Program-made: the position numbers and the translations under genes
The notes under the pieces: generated by a model
Database searches by the model: none
What the model saw: only the letters and a program-made list of their open reading frames with translations
What the model was told of the DNA's origin: nothing
Origin: Candidatus Methylomirabilia bacterium
GTDB lineage: Bacteria; Methylomirabilota; Methylomirabilia; Rokubacteriales; CSP1-6
DNA length: 11,143 bases
Assembly (NCBI GenBank): GCA_041496385.1
Contig: JBGQEL010000133.1
Location: 1-11,143 of the forward strand
Reading direction: 5' to 3'
Part shown: piece by piece, positions 1 to 5,818 of the stretch
Numbering within the stretch: position 1 is the stretch's first letter
Layout of the letters: each line of letters opens with the position of its first letter

Positions 1-533
1 ACGAAATCGGGCGAGAAGAGCCCGGTCACGCCGATGCCGAAGTACGCGAACGCGCTCCACATCAGGATGAGCGCGAGCATGAAGTTCGGCGTGGCCACGC
101 CGACGTAGTTCAGGAGCGTGAACGCGTAGTCGAGGAACGACCGCTGGTGCGTGGCCGAATAGATCCCGGCCGGGATGGCCACCACCCAGGTGAAGACGAA
201 GGAAAAGAGCGCGAGCAGCACCGTCAGCACGAGGCGCTCGCCGATCAGCTCGGTGTTCGGGCGCTGGTATTCGAGCGACAGGCCGAGGTTGCCGTGCAGG
301 AGGTTCTGCATCCACTTCAGATACTGGACGTAGTGCGGCTGGTCGAGCCCGTACTCGCGCCGGAGGGCCTCGAGGTGCTCGGCGCTGATGGACGTCCCCG
401 ACGACGCCAGGGTGGCCGTGTACGCGGTCAGGAAATCCCCGGGCGGCGCCTGGACGATGGCGAAGACCGCCACCGAGAACACGAAGAGCAGGAGGGGAAG
501 CAGGGCGAGGCGCTTGAGGACGTAGCGGGTCAT
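1..533 (-). CDS. ABC transporter permease, peptide/nickel (DppB/OppB/NikB) family; 3' end lies outside the window
   Basis: Not in the ORF track. Manual translation from ATG (complement of 531-533) gives MTRYVLKRLALLPLLLFVFSVAVFAIVQAPPGDFL...LRREYGLDQPHYVQYLKWMQNLLHGNLGLSLEYQRPNTELIGERLVLT...IPAGIYSA...ATPNFMLALILMW, open to the window edge. The 'KRL...PGD', 'GLDxP..QY..W...L.G.LG.S' and 'P.F.LA' motifs plus the hydrophobic helices are typical of DppB-like permeases. Confidence 0.93.
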   Translation of the reverse strand, partial: MTRYVLKRLALLPLLLFVFSVAVFAIVQAPPGDFLTAYTATLASSGTSISAEHLEALRREYGLDQPHYVQYLKWMQNLLHGNLGLSLEYQRPNTELIGERLVLTVLLALFSFVFTWVVAIPAGIYSATHQRSFLDYAFTLLNYVGVATPNFMLALILMWSAFAYFGIGVTGLFSPDF

Positions 534-542
534 CGACGGGAG

Positions 543-552
543 AGTATAGCGT
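543..552. promoter_or_regulatory. Putative overlapping bidirectional -10 elements (minus TATACT 543-548, plus TAGCGT 547-552)
   Basis: The sequence is AGTATAGCGT. Minus-strand TATACT lies 9 nt upstream of the permease ATG, which has no Shine-Dalgarno. Confidence 0.55.
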
Positions 553-561
553 GCCGCGGTG

Positions 562-590
562 TTGACGGATCGGCCGGAACGCTCTAGCGT
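562..590 (+). promoter_or_regulatory. Putative sigma70-type promoter TTGACG-N17-TAGCGT for a leaderless transcript starting at ATG 598
   Basis: TTGACG is at 562-567, followed by exactly 17 nt of spacer, TAGCGT at 585-590, then 7 nt to ATG 598. There is no SD. Confidence 0.6.
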
Positions 591-597
591 CTCGGCC

Positions 598-799
598 ATG
601 CACCCGGTGACGATCGGACGCCTGCGCGTTTCCGCGATCGTCGAGCGCGCGGGCCCGACGAGCCCGACCTGGCTCCTGCCCGACGCCGTGCCGGAGGCGC
701 TCGAGCGTCACCGTGCTCGGCACGCACTTCCACCACCCGACGGCCGGCCGCATCGTCCGCCACGGCGAGACCTGGCGCTTCAACGTGACGGGCGCGTAG
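598..799 (+). pseudogene. Internally deleted MBL-fold metallo-hydrolase remnant (N-terminus fused out of frame to C-terminus)
   Basis: The frame from ATG 598 reads MHPVTIGRLRVSAIVERAGPTSPTWLLPDAVPEALERHR. The +1 frame from 707 reads VTVLGTHFHHPTAGRIVRHGETWRFNVTGA* (TAG 797-799). These resemble the N- and C-terminal ends of YtnP/lactonase-like MBL hydrolases. The central HxHxDH core is absent. Confidence 0.75.
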
Positions 800-857
800 G
801 CCCTCGCATCGCACATCCCTAGGCCGGGCCGGGCGGATGCGATAGCATGCGTCGTTG

Positions 858-1580
858 ATGGAGGTCGTCACCGAGATTCCGGAAAAGGCGATGGTGATCT
901 TCGCCCATCCCGACGACGCCGAGATCGGCTCCGGCGGCGTCGTCGCCCGGTGGGTGGCGGCGGGCTGCGAGGTCACCTACGTGCTCTGCACCAACGGCGA
1001 CTCCGGCACGGCCGACCGCTCGCTGACGCCCGCCGAGCTCGCGCGCCGGCGCGCGGACGAGCAGCGCGCCGCGGCGGACTTCATGGGCGTCAAGCACGTG
1101 GTCATGCTCGGCTATCCGGACGGGGAGCTCGAGGACACGCGCGCCTTCCTCGGTGACGTCGTGCGCGCCCTCCGCCGGCACCGGCCCCACACGGTCTTCG
1201 TCCACGACCCGTACCGGATCAAGGGGTTCCAGCATCGCGACCACCGGAAGGCGGGCATCGTGACGACCGACGCCGTCTATCCGTTCGCCCGCGATCACCT
1301 GCATTTCGCCGAGCACATCACCGGCGAGGGCCTGGAGCCGCACAAGGTGCGGGAGCTCTGGTACTGGGGCGCCGACGCGCCGGACGTCGTCGTGGATATC
1401 ACCGGCGCGATCGACCGGCAGATCGCGGCGCTCGTCCGCCACGAGAGCCAGGTCGCGGGATTCAACGTGCCGGAGGGCGAGACAATGGGCCAGCGGCTCA
1501 AGAAGCACGCCGCCGAGCTGGCGAGGGGCCACGGGTTCGAGTACGGCGCGGTGTTCCGGCGCCTGATCGCGCGGCGGTAG
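858..1580 (+). CDS. PIG-L/LmbE family N-deacetylase (BshB/MshB-like zinc hydrolase)
   Basis: Motifs: FAHPDDAE, CTNGDSG, RRADEQRAAA..MG, LGYPDGEL, HRDH and ALVRHESQ. The start is ATG 858, or TTG 855 as in the ORF track. The substrate cannot be determined. Confidence 0.92.
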   Translation: MEVVTEIPEKAMVIFAHPDDAEIGSGGVVARWVAAGCEVTYVLCTNGDSGTADRSLTPAELARRRADEQRAAADFMGVKHVVMLGYPDGELEDTRAFLGDVVRALRRHRPHTVFVHDPYRIKGFQHRDHRKAGIVTTDAVYPFARDHLHFAEHITGEGLEPHKVRELWYWGADAPDVVVDITGAIDRQIAALVRHESQVAGFNVPEGETMGQRLKKHAAELARGHGFEYGAVFRRLIARR

Positions 1581-1601
1581 CCGCGCCGGGCCGCGCTGCA
1601 G

Positions 1602-1651
1602 TACCATAGGCCGCGACCGGCGACGCCTGTTCGGCCCCGGCCCAGAAGGAG
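1602..1651 (+). promoter_or_regulatory. Candidate -10 (TACCAT 1602-1607) and Shine-Dalgarno (AGAAGGAG 1644-1651) for the 1659 gene
   Basis: A TAnnnT hexamer lies in the intergenic region. AGGAG ends 7 nt before ATG 1659. The SD is much more certain than the -10. Confidence 0.5.
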
Positions 1652-1658
1652 ACGCGGG

Positions 1659-3371
1659 ATGGCCTACGACCTGGTGATCAAGAACGGCACGGTGATCGAC
1701 GGCTCGGGCCTGCCCCGCTACCGGGCGGACGTCGGGGTGCGGCACGGCCGCATCGTGACGATCGGGCGGATCCGCGAGGGCGCCCGCGAGGTGATCGACG
1801 CCGACGGCCAGGTGGTGGCGCCCGGCTTCGTGGACGGCCACACGCACATGGACGCGCAGATCTTCTGGGATCCGCTCGGCACTTCCTCGTGCTGGCACGG
1901 CATCACGAGCGTCGTCATGGGCAACTGCGGCTTCACGCTGGCACCCTGCGCCGCGGCCGACAAGCAGATGGTCGTGCGCAACCTGCAGCGGGCCGAGGAC
2001 ATTCCGGCCAAGGCGATGGAAGCCGGGATCGAGTGGAAGTGGACGACGTTCCCGGAGTTCCTCGATTGCCTCGACGCGCTGCCCAAGGGCATCAACTACT
2101 CGGGCTACATCGGGCACTCGGCGCTGCGCACCTATGTGATGGGCGAGCGCGCGTTCGAGAAGCCGGCCGGCGAGGACGATCTGAGAGCGATGGAGCGCGA
2201 GCTGCGCGACGCGCTGCGCGCGGGCGCCATCGGCTTCACGACCTCGCGCTCACCGGCGCACGAGACGCCGGACGCCCGGCCGGTGGCGAGCCGCCTGGCC
2301 ACGTGGGACGAGGTGCGGCGGCTCGTCTCCGTGATGGGCGACCTGAACGCGGGCATCTTCGAGCTGGCCGGTGAGGGCGTGGACCGCGTCGCGGGCGATC
2401 CGGGCCTGCGCGAGTATCACGTGCGGCTGCGCGACCTCGCGGTGGACACCGGGCGGCCCATCACCTTCGGCGTGTTCAGCCGCCGCGGCGTGCCGGACGT
2501 CTGGCGCGCCTACCTGGCCCTGCTCGACGAGACCGCGGCCATGGGCGGGCGCATGTTCGCCCAGGTGCACAGCCGGTCGCTGAGCGCGCTGCTCTCGTTC
2601 AAGACCCAGCTCCCCTTCGACCGCCTGCCGGTCTGGAAGGACGTGCGGTCGCTCCCGCTCGCCGAGCAGCGGCAGAAGCTGCGCGACCCCGAGACGCGCC
2701 GGCGGCTCATCGAGGCCTCGGGCGCGCGCGACAGCCGGCGCCCCGTCGGCACCGAGGCGCGCCCCGCGGACTACGACTGGCTCCTCGTCTTCGACACCGT
2801 GGAGGGGCCGCACCGCACGGTGGCCGAGGTCGCGCGCGAGCGTGGCCAGCACCCGGCCGAGACCATGATCGACCTGGCGCTCGCGAAGGACCTGGACCTC
2901 TTCTTCCTCCAGCCGATCGCCAACGAGGACCAGGACGCAGCCCTCGAGCTGATGCGCCACCCGCGCGCCGTCACGACCTTCTCGGACTCGGGCGCGCACG
3001 TCTCGCAGCTCATGGACAGCTCGCTCCAGACGCACCTGCTCAGCCACTGGGTGCGCGCGAAACAGGCGTTCACGCTCGAGCAGGCCGTGCACATGCTGAC
3101 CTTCGTGCCGGCCACGCTCTGGGGCTTCATCGACCGCGGACTCATCCGCGAGGGCATGGCCGCCGACCTCGTCGTCTTCGATCCCGAGACGATCGCCGCC
3201 GAGATGCCCGAGGTGGTGGACGACCTGCCCGCCGGCGCACGGCGCCTCATCCAACGGACACGCGGCATGGCCGCGACGGTGGTGAACGGCGAGATCCTGC
3301 TCCGGGACGGCAAGCACACCGGCGCGCTTCCCGGCCAGCTGCTGCGCGGTCCCCTCGCCCGCCGAGCGTAG
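1659..3371 (+). CDS. Amidohydrolase, N-acyl-D-amino-acid deacylase (D-aminoacylase)-like, 570 aa
   Basis: Motifs: YDLVIKNGTVIDGSG, VAPGFVDGHTHMD, GITSVVMGNCG, GINY..YIGHSALR, FSDSGAH, RGLIREGMAADLVVFDP and TVVNG. It has a good SD. Confidence 0.9.
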   Translation: MAYDLVIKNGTVIDGSGLPRYRADVGVRHGRIVTIGRIREGAREVIDADGQVVAPGFVDGHTHMDAQIFWDPLGTSSCWHGITSVVMGNCGFTLAPCAAADKQMVVRNLQRAEDIPAKAMEAGIEWKWTTFPEFLDCLDALPKGINYSGYIGHSALRTYVMGERAFEKPAGEDDLRAMERELRDALRAGAIGFTTSRSPAHETPDARPVASRLATWDEVRRLVSVMGDLNAGIFELAGEGVDRVAGDPGLREYHVRLRDLAVDTGRPITFGVFSRRGVPDVWRAYLALLDETAAMGGRMFAQVHSRSLSALLSFKTQLPFDRLPVWKDVRSLPLAEQRQKLRDPETRRRLIEASGARDSRRPVGTEARPADYDWLLVFDTVEGPHRTVAEVARERGQHPAETMIDLALAKDLDLFFLQPIANEDQDAALELMRHPRAVTTFSDSGAHVSQLMDSSLQTHLLSHWVRAKQAFTLEQAVHMLTFVPATLWGFIDRGLIREGMAADLVVFDPETIAAEMPEVVDDLPAGARRLIQRTRGMAATVVNGEILLRDGKHTGALPGQLLRGPLARRA

Positions 3372-3422
3372 GCCGGCCGGACTCGGCCGACGCGCTCGCG
3401 GGCCGGCCGGACTCAGGCCGGC
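3363..3422. repeat. Short direct repeat with GC-rich hairpins between convergent genes; possible terminator or pause structure
   Basis: GGCCGGCCGGACTC occurs at 3371-3384 and 3401-3414, each followed by (A)GGCCG. Possible stems are CGGCCG 3374-3379/3384-3389, CGAGCG 3363-3368/CGCTCG 3393-3398 and GCCGGCC 3402-3408/GGCCGGC 3416-3422. There is no U-tract. Confidence 0.55.
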
Positions 3423-4645
3423 GGCTCTTCGGCCTGAGCGATCACCCCGGCGCTGAGCAGGCTCTCGATCTCCACCTGCGCGAAGCCCGCCGCACGCAAC
3501 ACCTCCACGGTGTGCTGGCCGACGGCCGGGGCGAGCGCGGGCGGGACTTTCTCCTGGCCGTCGATCCAGATCGGGCTGCTCACGGTGAGCGGGGCGCCCG
3601 CCCGCGGATCATCGAAGGGCACGAGGGCGCCGCTCTGCACCATCTGCGGGTCGTCCGGGATGTCGTCGAGGGTGCCGACGACGCCGAACGCGATGCCGCT
3701 CGCCTCGAGAATCGGCAGCCACTCGGCCCAGTCCTTCGTCGCGAAGACGTCGTCGAGGATCGCCACCAGCGCGCGCGCGTTGGCCCGGCGCGCCGGCAGC
3801 GTCGCGAAGCGCGGGTCGGCCACGAGATCGGGCCGGCCGATGCTCGCGACGAACGGCTGCCAGCGCTTCTCGTCGGCGGTCAGCGTCAGCAGGAACCACC
3901 GCGCGTCGCGGCACCGGTAGAGATTGGCGAGCGCGTTGACCGACTCCTCGCGGGGCGGGCGCGGCAGCGTCCGCGCGCCGCAGAGGATCCCCTGCACCTG
4001 GATCGCGTTCCACCAGAGCCCGTTGGCCATGAGCGACGTGGAGACCATCGCGCCCCGCCCGGTCCGCTCGCGCTGGTAGAGGGCGGCCATGATCGCGCCA
4101 AAGAGCGACATCCCCGTGGGATGGTCGCCCATGCCGGGCAGCGAGCGCGACGGCGGCGCGTCGGGAAAGGGTCGCATCAGGTCCATGAGGCCCGTGCGCG
4201 CCCAGAGCGCGGTGCTGTCGAAGCCGGGCCGGCCCGCCTCCGCGCCCGCCTCGCCGTAGGCCGTGATCGAGCCGTAGATCAGCCGCGCGTTGAGCGGCGC
4301 GAGATCCTCCCAGCGGACGGCCATCCGGCGCCGCGCGTCGAACGGCAGGTTGGTCACGAACACGTCGACCCCGCGCACCAGCCGGTAGAGAACCTGGCGC
4401 CCGGGCTCGGTGCCGAGGTCGATCGCCACGCCGCGCTTGCTGCGGTTGTCGACGAGCCACGGGAAATTGTACGGGCTGGCGGGATAGCCGGCGCTCCGGA
4501 CGCGATACGTGTCGCCCGCGGGCGCCTCGATCTTGATGACGTCCGCGCCGAAGTCGGCCATGACGGTCGTCGCCACGGGGCCGGCGATGAAGCTGGCGGC
4601 GTCGATCACGCGCACGCCGTCGAGGAGGCGATTCCCTGGTTCCAT
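3413..4645 (-). CDS. Class III CoA-transferase (CaiB/BaiF/Frc family), 410 aa
   Basis: Motifs: LLDGVRVIDAASFIAGP..TVMADFGADVIKIE.PAGD, NRSKRGVAIDL, DVFVTN, LNARLIYGSITAYG, GFD, PGMGDHPTG (position of the catalytic Asp), RERTGRG and AP.VGQHT. I moved the start from 4699 to ATG 4645 because GGAAGGAG sits just upstream and 4699 overlaps the divergent gene. Confidence 0.95.
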   Translation of the reverse strand: MEPGNRLLDGVRVIDAASFIAGPVATTVMADFGADVIKIEAPAGDTYRVRSAGYPASPYNFPWLVDNRSKRGVAIDLGTEPGRQVLYRLVRGVDVFVTNLPFDARRRMAVRWEDLAPLNARLIYGSITAYGEAGAEAGRPGFDSTALWARTGLMDLMRPFPDAPPSRSLPGMGDHPTGMSLFGAIMAALYQRERTGRGAMVSTSLMANGLWWNAIQVQGILCGARTLPRPPREESVNALANLYRCRDARWFLLTLTADEKRWQPFVASIGRPDLVADPRFATLPARRANARALVAILDDVFATKDWAEWLPILEASGIAFGVVGTLDDIPDDPQMVQSGALVPFDDPRAGAPLTVSSPIWIDGQEKVPPALAPAVGQHTVEVLRAAGFAQVEIESLLSAGVIAQAEEPPA

Positions 4646-4673
4646 GGACTCCTTCCGGGCGACACGATAGCAT
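4645..4673. promoter_or_regulatory. Putative bidirectional promoter in a 35-nt divergent gap
   Basis: Plus strand: TGGACT (4645-4650)-N17-TAGCAT (4668-4673), then 7 nt to GTG 4681. Minus strand: extended -10 TGcTATCGT (4672-4664), then GGAAGGAG and ATG 4645. Confidence 0.6.
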
Positions 4674-4680
4674 CCCTGCC

Positions 4681-5790
4681 GTGAGCGACGCCGTCCCACC
4701 GGAGATCGCGCCCGTCCGTCCCGGTGAGGGCCTCGACTGGGACGGGCTCGAGACCTGGCTGCGGCCGCGGCTGGCCGACGTGCTGCCCGGCGTCGACGGG
4801 CCCCTCGCGGTCCTCCAATTCCCGAACGGCTCGGCCAACCTCACGTATCTCTTGCGCGTGGGCGCCCACGAGCTGGTGCTGCGCCGTCCGCCCATGGGCG
4901 AGATCGCGCCCGGCGCCCACGACATGAAGCGCGAGTACCGCGTGCTCTCGCGTCTCTGGCGCGTCTTCGATCGCGCGCCCCGCGCCTACGTCTTCTGCGA
5001 CGACAGAGCGGTGCTCGGCGCCGACTTCTTCGTGATGGAGCGGCGCCGCGGCGCGGTCATTCGCGCCGCGATCCCGCCGTCCATGCGCGCGCACCCGGAT
5101 GTCGGCCGCCGGATCGGCCTGGCCCTCGTCGACGCCATGGCCGAGCTGCACGCGCTCGACCCTGCGGCGTGCGGGCTCGGCGACCTCGGCAAGCCCGCGG
5201 GGTTCGTCGAGCGGCAGCTGAGCGGCTGGGCGAAGCGATGGGAGCTGGCGCGGTTCGACGACGCGACGGCGACGCCCGTCGGCCAGCAGATGGAGGAGCT
5301 GCACGCGCGGCTGGCGCGCCGCCTGCCGGTCCCGAGCCGCGCGTCGATCGTCCACAACGACCTGAAGCTCGACAACTGCCAGTTCGCTCCCGCGGATCCC
5401 GACCGGGTCGTGTCCATCTTCGACTGGGACATGACGACCCTCGGCGATCCGCTCGCGGATCTCGGCACGCTGCTGAACTACTGGCCCGACCCCGCCGATC
5501 CCCCGCACGCTCAGCGCGCGAGCAACCCGGGGCTCGGCCTCATGGGCCTGCCGACGCGTGCCGAGATCGGCGCGCGCTACGCGGCGCGGACGGGCGCGGA
5601 CGTGGCGTCCCTCCGCTGGTGGGAGGCGTTCGCGCTCTGGAAGACGGTCGTGGTGGTCCAGCAGCTCCACCGGCGCTGGGTGCGGGGCGAGAGCACGGAT
5701 CCCCGCATGGCGAGCATCGCCGATCGCATCCCGTCGTTGATCGCGGCCGCGCGCGCGGTGCTGGACGAGACGGGGGCGCAAGGCGCATGA
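4681..5790 (+). CDS. APH-family phosphotransferase, ACAD10/11 N-terminal kinase (LvaA)-like, 369 aa
   Basis: Motifs: QFPNGSANLTY, LVLRRPP...AHDMKREYRVL, FFVMERRRG, LAELH, LGKP.GFVERQ, Brenner motif HNDLKLDN and FDWDMTTLGDPLADLG. Confidence 0.9.
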   Translation: MSDAVPPEIAPVRPGEGLDWDGLETWLRPRLADVLPGVDGPLAVLQFPNGSANLTYLLRVGAHELVLRRPPMGEIAPGAHDMKREYRVLSRLWRVFDRAPRAYVFCDDRAVLGADFFVMERRRGAVIRAAIPPSMRAHPDVGRRIGLALVDAMAELHALDPAACGLGDLGKPAGFVERQLSGWAKRWELARFDDATATPVGQQMEELHARLARRLPVPSRASIVHNDLKLDNCQFAPADPDRVVSIFDWDMTTLGDPLADLGTLLNYWPDPADPPHAQRASNPGLGLMGLPTRAEIGARYAARTGADVASLRWWEAFALWKTVVVVQQLHRRWVRGESTDPRMASIADRIPSLIAAARAVLDETGAQGA

Positions 5791-5818
5791 TCTCCCGGAT
5801 ATCGATGAGAGAGGGTCC

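Noticed and set aside
147..587. 146-aa plus-strand ORF
   Set aside because: It is the antisense shadow of the ABC permease on the minus strand.
700..720. Programmed frameshift joining the two MBL fragments
   Set aside because: There is no slippery run, and the joined product of about 66 aa would still lack the catalytic core.
559..822. 87-aa ORF as an intact small protein
   Set aside because: The start at 559 lies upstream of the predicted promoter. After about 713 the frame becomes low-information Arg/Pro-rich sequence while the +1 frame is protein-like, so a deletion remnant explains it better.
804..848. Short inverted repeats (TCGCATC 804-810 / GATGCGA 836-842, and ATGC-GATA-GCAT 837-848) as an operator or terminator
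   Set aside because: The arms are only 4-7 nt, there is no U-tract, and no regulator is nearby. This is too weak to call beyond the -10 box it contains.
3371..3420. CRISPR array or IS end
   Set aside because: There are only two short GC-rich copies with a 16-nt gap between the 14-mers, and no cas or transposase genes.
4681..5790. Aminoglycoside resistance gene
   Set aside because: It has the APH fold, but its length and the LRRPP/AHDM.REY/LGDPLADLG motifs fit the metabolic ACAD10/11-like subfamily.
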